A stretch of DNA of 64,000 nucleotides from contig OX597820.1 of the NCBI GenBank assembly GCA_951406725.2, positions 91,946,001 to 92,010,000 on the forward strand, written 5' to 3'. The notes under the pieces are model-generated. The model was not told where the DNA came from. It ran no database searches and saw only the letters and a program-made list of their open reading frames with translations. Shown piece after piece: positions 1 to 11,698 of the stretch; positions within the stretch are counted from its first letter, which is position 1, and the number at the start of each line of letters is the position of its first letter. The DNA comes from Octopus vulgaris (Eukaryota). A program made the position numbers and the translations under genes.

Positions 1-405
1 AAGTACTTCTAGAAGTCATTCTCTGGTCTCAATTCTTCCCTGCAACCGCCAAAAAGGCATTTATTCATGAGGAATATTTGCAGCAACCAAATCATAAGTC
101 AGGAGTGGGGTGAGAGCTTCATAGGCACATTTTCATTCAACAAACACAATAAACAAAGTAACGAAATATATTTAAATACAATGGGCATTAAATGTAATAG
201 GTAATTGATTTCATATTATTGGATAAGTGGCCTGTAAATGTAAGGAAAAGCAACGGTAACCTCATTTCAACTGAGAATCGAAATGCTTTCAAGGTATTTA
301 GTCGAGCGTGATGATCTCTCCGCTGTCTAATCGCTTAAGAATATGAATATAATTATTGTTGTTGTAATTGTTGATATTATTATTACTACTACTACTACTA
401 CTACT

Positions 406-616
406 GAGGTCAGCTGGCAGAATCGTTTGCACTCCGGACAAAACGCTTATCGGCATTTCGTCCGTCTGTACTTTCTGAGTTCAAATTTCGCCGAGGCCAA
501 CTTTGCCTTTCAGCTTTTCGGGATCTATAAAATAAGTACCAGTTGAGTACTAAGGGTTGAGGCAATCGACTTACACTCTCCCCGAAACTGCTGGCCTTGT
601 GTCAAAATGTGAAACC
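406..616 (+). mobile_element. tRNA-derived SINE, short family (family B)
   Basis: GAGCTGGCAGAATCGTT...CTGAGTTCAAAT (A/B-box-like), body GCCTTTCA...ATAAAATAAGTACCAGTTGAG. Repeated at 911, 10701, 15005, 42745 and 46598. Flanked by (CTA)n. Confidence 0.85.
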
Positions 617-618
617 AT

Positions 619-668
<50 letters not shown>

Positions 669-720
669 ATAATAATAATAATAATACTAATACTACTACT
701 ACTACTACTGCTACTACTAC
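619..720. repeat. (CTA)n/(AAT)n microsatellite
   Basis: Direct reading; source of the poly-T/poly-L ORFs. Confidence 0.95.
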
Positions 721-910
721 TTCTCATATGCACTCAACTGATTAGAATGCTAGAAAAGAAAAGAATCCTAACATTGAGCTACAAGTAGCCTTAGATGCCA
801 AGAACCTTCCTAAGTACTCTATCTGTACCTATTTTTATTATTGTTATTGTTATTGCTATTATTATTATTATTATTATTATTATTGTTATTATTATTATTA
901 TTATCATCAA

Positions 911-1092
911 GTGGAGCTGGCAGAGACATTAGCACGCGGGGCAAAGTGCTAAGCGGCATTTCATCCGTCTTCTCATTCTGAGTTCAAATTCTGCCAACGT
1001 CGATTTTGCCTCTCATCCTTTAGGGGATCAAGAAAAGAAGTACTAGCTGAGCATTGAAGTCGAAATTTTAGGCTTTGTGCCTATAACAGAAA
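911..1092 (+). mobile_element. SINE family B copy (diverged)
   Basis: Colinear with 406-616 (GAGCTGGCAG...CTGAGTTCAAATT...TCATCCTTT); sits in (ATT)n. Confidence 0.75.
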
Positions 1093-1573
1093 AGATTATT
1101 AATATTTTTATTATTATTATTTTTAGTGTTGGATGAAATTCTGTGCCGTACTCTTTCCAACTCTTTACAAGGTGATTTCAAATCCTGTCATATTCAACTT
1201 TGACTTTTTACCGTTTCGGGATCAATAAATAAAGTACAACTCAAATACTAGAGTCAATGGCATCGACTAAATCACTTTCTAGAAAATTGGTGGAGTTTTT
1301 TAAAATATTATTAATATTATTATTATTATTATTATTATTATTATGATTAAATTTTCGTTGTCTATGCATACGAGGTAAAGACTATGAAAGCATTCCGGTG
1401 GACTAAAGGAAAACAATTGACACGCATATATATATATATATATATCTGTGTGTGTGTATGTGTGCATAAGCACAACACATACATATAGGTATATGAAAAC
1501 AAAGCGTTTCCCTTTTCTTTACTAGGATATAAGCAGATATATGCGTATTTGCGTAAGTATATGAATATATATA

Positions 1574-1697
<124 letters not shown>

Positions 1698-1706
1698 CAT
1701 AAATGA

Positions 1707-1972
1707 AGGCGCGTGGCTTCATGATTAGGGCATTTGGCTCACGATTGTAAGGTCGTGAGTTCCATTCCTGGCGAGACATTTAATTTCCGGTTGCTCTAGT
1801 CCACTCGGGTGGCAAAAATGAGTTGTACCAGTATTTCAAAGGCCGGCCTTGTCACGCTGAATCTCCCTGATAAGTACGTTAGGGGTACATGGGTCTGTCG
1901 ATTGCTCAATCACTTGCACGTTAATTTCATGCGCAGGCTGGGACTTTCGTCGCAACCGACGGAGTGTGCTCC
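1707..1972 (+). mobile_element. tRNA-derived SINE (family A)
   Basis: Head GGCGCGTGGCTTCATGATTAGGG...GAGTTCCATTCCTGG (A/B boxes). Body CACTTGCACGTTAATTTCA is shared with the inverted copy at 21745-22028. Confidence 0.8.
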
Positions 1973-1992
1973 CCTCTCTCTCTCTCTCTCTC

Positions 1993-2044
<52 letters not shown>

Positions 2045-2047
<3 letters not shown>

Positions 2048-2320
2048 TTCTGTCCCACTGAATGTCACCTTTGGCAAGGCACTTCTTCTTTAGACTCGAC
2101 CTGATCCAATACTTGTGAGTGGATTTGGAAAGCAGAAACTGAAAGAAGCCTGTCGTGTACATAAATATATCTACGTTTGTCTTTGTGTCTGTGTTTATAC
2201 CATGTCACCGCTTGACAACCAGTGTGGTATTGTTTCCGTCCTCGAAAATTAGCGCTTCGGCAAAAAGAAGAACACACGTACCAGGCTTTAAATTAGGAAA
2301 AGGGCCTATTCACTTGACTA
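2045..2320 (+). mobile_element. tRNA-derived SINE, long family (family C), 5'-truncated
   Basis: GGTTCTGTCCCACTG...GTGAGTGGATTTGG...GAAACTGAAAGAAGCC...CGCTTGACAACC matches the inverted copies at 10983, 53655 and 61465. Confidence 0.8.
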
Positions 2321-2386
2321 AAAATCGTTTCATGTATGTATTTTGATATAACTATTATCTCTCCTCTATCTACGGCTCTTTCTCTC

Positions 2387-2432
<46 letters not shown>

Positions 2433-2667
2433 CAAATCTTTCTTCAGCTGCGTTATACCCCTCGGATGCTTTCATCGTTGGACTACTATTTATGGACACG
2501 CCAACTTAACAGTAATATAATGTACAATGTAAGAAATTGGTTTCCAATGCTGTGTCACAAAAGTATACTTAAACGCATATTATTCAAACGAAACAAATTG
2601 ACTAAGAAGCGTATTATTGTTCCCATTTATTGCTATCAAATATTTCAAAGTTTATATTTCCACATAG

Positions 2668-2734
<67 letters not shown>

Positions 2735-4722
2735 TCACCTACTGTAGAGTAAAAAGAAACAATAAACTCACACACACTCGCATACATAGTTATATACATA
2801 TATAATACTATACATTCATATATATATATATACATAGATACATACATACATACGTATAGATATATGTGGATGTAGAGAGATGACAGAATCATTAAGCTTT
2901 AGAAAGTAAATATTTCGATATATCGTTAAGTTTGTTTATTTCGGTACTTATTTTATATGATATGCAGTTAAATAAGACCTAAGTAAATGTCATGACAAAC
3001 AGAATGATATTTAATCAGTTAAAATGGCACGTCTAGTAAGGACTAAAGTTATTAGCATTAATAAATCTTCTCGAAAACTTAAAGGGAGACAACTTGGCTA
3101 CTTAAATTGGTTAAAAATTGAATGGGTAAATGCAGTCAGCATTGAGACTGATCTTTAGGATAAACAGTGACATTACTGGATATGATTCAACAAATAAAAT
3201 TACTTCAAATAAATACATGGACCAAATAAACATTTCCTTCTATTTGAACAATTTACTTTGTGCCTAAGCTGTGTATGAAAGACTTTCATTTTTGTGTTGT
3301 ATAAACTCAATATTATTTATTGAAGATTATTGCCTTTATTCAAAATTGCGAAACATTTTAAAAATTTCTTTTGCTCTGTGTTATTGTTTTTGTTGTTGCT
3401 GTTGTTGTTGTTGTTGCTGTTGTTGTTACTGATATTTAACCAAAAGACAACGCTGATCGAGCTGTGCAATGGTAAAAACAAACATTCCAGCCACATCCGG
3501 AACTTTGGTGTACTACATTATCTAATATGTCCTGTTTAATATTTTTTTCTTGTATGCTTTATTTTCATTCTAAGTTCATCAGAATTGTGATATCAACATA
3601 AATATATAGTCGATACAGTTACAAATACATTCAAATATTAGAGCAGCTGTTTGTTTCTTGCGTGCAATACACACACACACACACATCCACATTCACACGG
3701 ACACACAAGCATATATATACATATTCCTATATATACATATATTGGTATGTGTGTGCGTGTATATATACATACACATACGTACCTACGTATGTGCATGCGC
3801 GTGTGACCATATATATAAAGTTTACTAAATTGTTTACTTTTTGACTTTATCTGTGTGTGAACGTGCGCGTGTGTTCGCGAGCAAGTGTATGCGCATAAAT
3901 CCATTAGAAGCTAAGTCGTCTTGAATAGTTATTTTACCATTGATGCTTACCAATCTTTGAAACAACTGAATGAACTATATGTAAAGTATAAAAAAGAAAA
4001 ATATTCAGAATCATACAAGAATATTGTAGGCTTACGAATCTAGTCTAATAAGCATTGAGGAAAGGGTTCCTATTCGAGAACTAATTCTTCCGGCGTACCT
4101 GGCTCGGAAGCAAATGGTCCCTGCTTAAATTTAGAGAAGTTATCATGATTTAAATCACTACCAAAACAAAACCGCTTAAAAATGCATTATGACATTCTTT
4201 TTTTCAATTGTTGAAAAAGAAGCAGGAACGTAATATATTCATGCTTCTATAAATAACAAATGTTGGCGATATTTCCATGTCCTCCTTTTTGTATGTGTAA
4301 AATACATAAAGGCAAGTAAGGTGGGTAATGTTCATCAATTTTAAGCGCTGAACAATATTTCGCTCTTGTGGAGACGGAGAGTGTAAGAAAGAAATTCAGC
4401 TTGAGTGATTTAGACGACAGCAGTTGAAAGTATCACTGGTCAATCACCGCTGTAAATGATCGACTGTTGAAATTTACATGGTATGCTGTGCTTGCAGTAT
4501 GTAAAACTAAACATTCCCTTCCTATTGGCAAGCTTTCCGATATATATATATATATATATGAAAGGTTGTCAGTAGCAACTGGATAACGGGATTTGCATTC
4601 AGCCACCACAACACTCACACATACATACACACACACACATACGAACACACACACAAAACACACGCACATGTATAGGTATTTATATATGTGTGTGTAAATA
4701 TATACATTTATATGTATATATC

Positions 4723-4785
<63 letters not shown>

Positions 4786-4790
4786 GTATA

Positions 4791-4938
4791 TATAATCAAA
4801 ATAAGCAACAAGAATATCTTCGGTAATTTGGTACGATCGTTTCACGCTATATCATTTTACAATGTTTAATAAAATGATGTAGCGTGAAACGATCGTACCA
4901 AATTACTGAAGATATTCTTGTTGCTTATTTTGATTATA
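4791..4938. repeat. Fold-back element: 69-bp inverted arms, 10-nt loop, next to (TA)n
   Basis: 4791-4859 is the reverse complement of 4870-4938 with 2 mismatches; contains GAAAC-GATC-GTA. Confidence 0.95.
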
Positions 4939-5069
4939 ATCACCCCATGGATTTATATGGATAACACCGTACAAAATTCTGGTGCATCTGACTTAAGTAC
5001 TATATTCATTTGAATCTAAATTTTGCTGTATGTGTATATATATATATATATGTATATATAAATAAATAA

Positions 5070-5114
<45 letters not shown>

Positions 5115-5127
5115 TGCATATATATAC

Positions 5128-5161
<34 letters not shown>

Positions 5162-5382
5162 ATGTAACTCAAAACTATTTAATTCGATGTTCAACAACTG
5201 AAAAAACTTAATAAAAGCATCTAAATATAAAACATCATAAAACATTTTCAAACTGAAGTCCTTCTAGAGTTATACATTAGTCCATTCGAGTTAATACAGA
5301 ATTACAGACAATATTTATAGAATTTTGATTTACTCTCGGGCCAAACCTGTATAGCTATACATATATGTATGTACATATAATC

Positions 5383-5413
<31 letters not shown>

Positions 5414-5539
5414 GATATATATATATACAGTTTATATGAATATTATATATATGCATTATATATGCGTGTGTATATATATATATTTACATATATATTGTAT
5501 ATATGATATGTATATTATATGTATGTAATATGCATATAA

Positions 5540-5591
<52 letters not shown>

Positions 5592-5600
5592 ATGTATATG

Positions 5601-5825
5601 CAAAACAGAACAAAAGATGGAACAGGAACGCAACAGGCGACAACAAACATCAAACAGTTAGACGATGCACAAAAGGACAGGAAAAAACAAGGACGGGTCA
5701 TTCGGAGATCGCTATACACAGTGGAGTTTCAGATCATCTTAGCTGTTTTCGGTTGCACAAGAATCTGCTCCAATCTGGCCGACCCAGATCTTGGAAAATA
5801 GCAAGCGAATGCATACGAAAACAAG

Positions 5826-5828
<3 letters not shown>
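5601..5828 (-). mobile_element. (TA)n-flanked PLE-like terminal fragment related to the 54814-55827 element
   Basis: Shares ordered motifs (GACGAT, GGAC...CATTCG, GATCATC, TTTCGG, GGCC, GAATGCATACG) with 54840-55070. Confidence 0.5.
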
Positions 5829-5892
<64 letters not shown>

Positions 5893-5920
5893 AAGGGTGA
5901 AAAGGAACACACGAGTTGAT

Positions 5921-6397
5921 ATATATGAAAAAACAAGTCAAAAATAGAAAATGCTAAAATAATTTTATAGTGAACATTTCAGTACCGGTTTCGGTCATTT
6001 TGAGACCTTTTCAACTGTAACGATTAAATAATTAAATTTAGAAAAATTAGAGGAAAAGTTTTTTTAAAAGAATATTTCTATAGTAGTGTTCAGATTTAAG
6101 TGGCATTCTGCCTTTCACTGACTCACTTGTTTGCACTTGTGTGTTCGAGGTAGTTGTGTACACAACTACCTCGAACACACAAGTGCAAACAAGTGAGTCA
6201 GTGAAAGGCAGAATGCCACTTAAATCTGAACACTACTATAGAAATATTCTTTTAAAAAACTTTTCCTCTAATTTTTCTAAATTTAATTATTTAATCGTTA
6301 CAGTTGAAAAGGTCTCAAAATGACCGAAACCGGTACTGAAATGTTCACTATAAAATTATTTTAGCATTTTCTATTTTTGACTTGTTTTTTCATATAT
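5921..6397. repeat. Spacer-less palindrome, about 239-bp arms, (TA)n-flanked
   Basis: Centre TGTGT|ACACA at 6159/6160; arms identical except one indel in a T/A run. Confidence 0.97.
6301..6338 (+). ncRNA. Minimal type I hammerhead ribozyme, U3-A8 core variant (mirror copy at 5980-6017 on -)
   Basis: CAG-TTGAAAA-GGTC(tcaaaat)GACC-GAAAC-CG-GTA-CTG: stem I CAG/CTG, stem II GGTC/GACC, palindromic stem III ACCGGT, GUA cleavage triplet. Confidence 0.7.
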
Positions 6398-6433
6398 ATA
6401 TATATATATGGACATGCATGTGTGTATATATGT

Positions 6434-6505
<72 letters not shown>

Positions 6506-6512
6506 GCATGTG

Positions 6513-6554
<42 letters not shown>

Positions 6555-6558
<4 letters not shown>

Positions 6559-6656
6559 TTCCAAACAAGAAAACACAAAAAGAACGAAAAAACACAACAA
6601 CGCGAGGACGTGGAAAAAAATAAAATATTATTGGACGCTCAGGAAAGAAGGGAAGA
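6555..6656 (-). mobile_element. PLE-like 3' terminus abutting (TA)n
   Basis: Reverse complement of 54693-54785 and 61971-62064 (GAGCGTCCAATAATA...TTTTCTTGTTTGGA); all three end at (TA)n. Confidence 0.75.
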
Positions 6657-6695
6657 CACACACATATATATATACACACACACATATATATATAT

Positions 6696-6730
<35 letters not shown>

Positions 6731-8677
6731 CGTATATATTTATGTATGTGTATATTTATGTATATATATATATATGTGTGTATATGTATATATATGTATA
6801 TATACGTATATATTTATATGTATATATATATATGTTTATATATATGAATATATATATTTATATATAAATTTATGCCTATATGTATACATATAGGCATATA
6901 TATAAATATATTTATATTATCAATAATAACAAAGGGTAAAATTAATTAATTAATAATAACAAAGGGTAAAATAATAACAATATATTTATATATACACACA
7001 CTCACGCAAACACACGTATGATATATCTGTACACTGTTATATAATGTACCATGAGGTGAAAATCAGACATCATACTGCCGCTGTCCAGAGTTCAAATGCC
7101 CACAATCCCTTAGTATCACACCTGAGAATCTAATTCAACTATTTTATAGAAGACCCAACATCACGGCAGATGCAGTGGCTTCGAAATATTCTGTTTATTA
7201 ATACTTAAGTATTTCTTAAGCATTACTAATTATACGAGATGAGTTTCTTTATTGTATGAGATACTTTTATGAGCGCTATTAGCATACCTATTGAGAGTAT
7301 CAGTTTGTATACCGGCTAGCAGATCAGATGGAGAGCATTGTCGGAAAGGGATAAATTAAGCAGACATTTGAAAGGCAAGTACATTTGCCAAATCTGCATA
7401 TCTCTGCTTTGCAACATATTCGGAAGTGGTCCTACAGCCCCTATATGTTATTAAGTACTCTGAATTCACGATATTCTCTGCACTTACTCTCAAACTATTT
7501 TTTCACAATTACATTTTTTTCTCTAGCCTCTTATAGCTTATTGGGCTTTTCCACACTTAATATGTCTTTTTCTTTTTTGAATTCTTGAGGCAGTCACAAT
7601 GTCCTCCTTCAGCTAACCATACGTTACTTGTTTTGGCAATCCAGTTTTTTCAATGCGTAATATGAGACAAGGCCATCAAAGACGTTTTTTTTTCTTTCTA
7701 TATGATCATAGGCTCTAAACTTTACAAATTTTCTTACTGGACCAGTTTTTGGTATCTGTCCAAATAACGTCTGAGTCACATCGTCACTCTGATTATTAAA
7801 CTAAACTCTTCACATACTAAAGAGATGCAGTCAGCAATGGATATCAGCTTCGGTGTCACAGATCAGACGTCAGTCATGTGCACATAGTAGTCACGAATGT
7901 GAATGATGAATTTCTTTCATGAGACAAGTAATAAACAGATTTTTGAATGTTCGCATATTGTACGATATCTGAAGTAAATATCAGTACCGTAGTGTTATCA
8001 GCAAATGATTCTTATATATCAAAGTTAAATATGGCAAAAGCATTGACAGGCCATCGTGGGTTTTGTTTTCTTTAGCAGACATTGCTTCCAGCAGTTCACT
8101 TTTAAAGCAAACACTACATTTGCAACCGGTGGGTAGTGTTTCAAATTCCACAATTTAAAGAGTATGCTCACCCCACCTTATATATATAGCTTAACTTAGA
8201 AAGGTTTTGGCCAGTATTGGCCCAGGCCATGTCTAACTTAATAGCACCACCTGGCAAAGTCTTTCAATTCAGGATTTGGGCACCAAGGCCCATTCGAGAA
8301 GAGAGTTATTTTTGCGGAGACATATCCGGGTGTGGGTGGCTTGTGCGGGACTGCTTGGAGGAATTTGTCCAAAGAATTCTTGAATTTTGTATGGTGAGTT
8401 TCTGTTTTGACGTGAATTAATTGAGGTGAAAAAATTGTGCTGTATTGTTGTTATGAGATGCGATTTAGATTTTTGTTGTGAACGGATGGCACGGGATCCA
8501 AGTCTTGGGTGTATTTTGAAGGTGATGCCAACATCATTTGGACAGTGCTGATGGAATATTTTCCACATCATACAAATAATATACCGTTCATATATATATA
8601 TATGTAGGTCCTGGGTTGAGTCGGGGTTAACCACAGTAAATAAGGTACTCAATACATAGCAGAGTAAATTAATTTAT

Positions 8678-8794
8678 TTTATAGAAGGAGCTTCTACAGG
8701 ACTAGAACTGTTTCATTCAAAAGAAATCATCAGGAAGCCAGGCTTCCTGATGATTTCTTTTGAATGAAACAGTTCTAGTCCTGTAGAACTCCTC

Positions 8795-8800
<6 letters not shown>
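8678..8800. repeat. Palindrome with 1-nt centre (8740), (TA)n-flanked
   Basis: 8692-8739 and 8741-8788 are perfect inverted arms, extending with small indels to 8678/8800. Confidence 0.95.
8690..8738 (-). ncRNA. Type I hammerhead ribozyme (mirror copy at 8742-8788 on +)
   Basis: GCTTC-CTGATGA-tTTC(tttt)GAAt-GAAA-CAG(ttctagtc)CTG-TA-GAAGC: canonical core, 5-bp stem I, GUA site. The first stem II pair is a U-U mismatch. Confidence 0.75.
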
Positions 8801-8861
<61 letters not shown>

Positions 8862-8873
8862 TTATTTAATTTT

Positions 8874-8982
8874 TTGGGAGAGTTTATGAAAAGAATCAAA
8901 AGGCGAAGACAGGTGGTGTACAAAACAAACAGATGTATTAGTAAAACGCTCAGGAATAGAAAGTCTTACACGTTTCGTGCCT
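8874..8982 (-). mobile_element. PLE-like 3' terminus abutting (TA)n (same family as 50115-50286)
   Basis: Reverse complement of 50185-50286 (GACTTTCTATTCCTGAGCGTT...TGTACACCACCTGTCTTC). Confidence 0.8.
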
Positions 8983-9373
8983 AACACACATACGTATTAT
9001 TCTAAAGTTACGCACACGTACACATCGCTTCGCACAAGGCACGTAATTAGACACAGACACACACACACAGAGGCACACACGCTCCCATTCGGACACACAC
9101 ACAGGCTCACACAATCTTGCTTGCCCACAAATACATGCACACGCGCTCGCCCCACCCACATACATATACACTTATACGAATCTCCTTCATACAAACACTT
9201 GCGTTTGCGCGCATAAAGTTTGGCCAGGTCATTGTTATCTCTTTCTCCATTCAACCTCTTCCTTCTATTCATCTGGCATGTGTTACCCGAAATCCAGACA
9301 AGAGATTTTCCTCTCTTCAATTTTTGCCTCTCTTCCTTTTCTTTCCTCTTTCCTTTCTGTCGAATGGCGTATA

Positions 9374-9512
<139 letters not shown>

Positions 9513-10700
9513 GGGGGAGAGAGGGAGAGAGAGAGACAGACAGAGACTGAGATAGATAGATACATACATGCATTCATACATACATACATAATCTATACAC
9601 ACACACTCACACACATAATTATAGCAACATTTTTCAATGATGTATATGAGTGCATACATCTCAAGCTTAATAAAAATGATTGATCATCAACAAGCATCTA
9701 AGTAGCAAGAACTTGTTCTAACAGCAGGAATGTCCGAATATTGGAGCTTCCAATTGCTTCATAGCTGCCTACCAGAGGCCACAAAGGATGAGATACAATT
9801 AAGGATAGTATAAAATCTGCCAGGTCATGATTTTATGCGAGCCCTCAAAGCTACTGTGCATAAGGCTGATTTTGTATCCACTCTCCTACACCACTCTAAA
9901 TCTGTCAGATGTCAAAGCTAACATATTTGTTAAATTACTATGTGAAATGATATACGCAGCGTGACGATACCAATATTTGCACTGAGACCATAATTACGTA
10001 TCAGTGGCTTCTTTGGAGTGGCTATTTCTTTGAGATTAAATCTGTAGATCTTTCTCAGGCCTAGAGACGGACTTCGGGTCCATGGACAACAAATCGGGTG
10101 AAAAATTATCCTTGATCACGATGGAGTGTGACACCCCGTGAAATGAAGCCAAATACCTTGTAGCTCGTAGTTTCTATCATAACAGATAAATTTATCTTTT
10201 ACTTATCGCGGTACCGAAATATTAAATCATCAACATCTGAATTTAGCGAGCGGCAAAACGATGACATTTAAATATCCTAAAGTGAGAATGCCGATGCTGA
10301 GAGAAATAATGACAGTATATGTTAGACTAAGGCCCAGTTTCGATGACACTAAACGAATAATACTAATATTGATTTCTAGGATAGACATCATGTTGTATAC
10401 TTTTAGGAGTTAAATAAACGTTGATTTATCGACTCAAGCATTTGATAGGTACTTCTTTTCGTGAAATGAAGAAAATGAACGTCAAAATCGATGTCGGCAG
10501 CATTTGAAATCAGACGTTAAGTGGGATAAACGTAAGTCAACTTTTTCCGATGCTCTACCGATTACTCGAATTTACTTTTCCAAATAAAGACATGATTATT
10601 TATCTTCTTTTACACAACAACAAACGGCAAAATTTATTGAATTGTCTCTCGTTCAAAGCACTAATAATAGATAAACATATATAAACGTGTATATATAAAA

Positions 10701-10885
10701 GGCGACGAGCTGGCAGAAACGGTAGCACGACGGGCGAAATGCGAAGCCGTCGACTTTGCCTTTCATCCTTTCGGGGTCGATAAATTAAGTACCAGTTACG
10801 CACTGGGGTCGATGTAAACGACTTAATATGTTTGTCTGTCCTTGTTTGTCCCCTCTGTGTCTAGCCCCTTGCGGGTGGTAAAGAA
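10701..10885 (+). mobile_element. SINE family B copy with internal deletion
   Basis: GGCGACGAGCTGGCAGAAACG...GTCGACTTTGCCTTTCATCCTTTCGGGGTCGATAAATTAAGTACCAG. Confidence 0.85.
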
Positions 10886-10982
10886 ATATATATGAACGTG
10901 TATTTGTATGTATGTATGTATGTATGTATGTATGTATGTATGTATGTATGTATGTATGTATGTATGGATAGATAGAGAGATA

Positions 10983-11212
10983 TTCTTTTGTTCTTTTACT
11001 TGTTTCAGGAATTTGAGTGCGGCCATGCTGGAGCACCGCGTATAGTCGAACGAATCGACCCCAGGGCTTTTTTGCAAGCTTACTACTTATTCCATCGATC
11101 TCTTTTGCCGAATCGCTAAGTTATGGGGATGTAAACACACCAACAGCGGTTGTCAAGTGATGGTGGTGGACAAGGACAAACACACTAACATATACATTCA
11201 TATATATATATA

Positions 11213-11243
<31 letters not shown>

Positions 11244-11264
11244 TAGAAGGGTTGGAGATGATGT

Positions 11265-11310
<46 letters not shown>

Positions 11311-11445
11311 ACGAAAGTCTTCTTTCAGTTTCCGTATACCAAATCCACTCACAAGTCTTTGGTCGACTCGAGGCTACAGTAGAAGACACTTGCAGAAGGT
11401 GCCACGCATGTGATTAATAAGCAAGCTACTTACCACACAGCTTAC
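10983..11445 (-). mobile_element. SINE family C, near full length, with internal (TA)n expansion
   Basis: Tail GGCCATGCTGGAGCACCGC, body CTTTTGCCGAATCGCTAAGTT, head ...TACCACACAGC. Confidence 0.85.
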
Positions 11446-11638
11446 ACCTATATATATATATACATATATATATAAGCGACTTCTGAATGCTGGGAAGTAG
11501 ATTTTGACATTGGAATAATAAGAAATCTAACTGCGGAGAAAAGCACGGAAAAAAAAAGTTTTATACGTATTTGTTATTATACTACTACTCCTAACTTTCG
11601 ATCAATAATTAAATTGATGCTTACGATTATTATTTTTA

Positions 11639-11698
<60 letters not shown>

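Noticed and set aside
8217-8570. Possible LINE ORF1 remnant on the minus strand
   Set aside because: GC-richer and TE-like, but no diagnostic motif that I can identify.
9720-10150. Very decayed RTE-like RT fragment (KATVHKADFVSTLLH)
   Set aside because: Only one weak motif match; insufficient.
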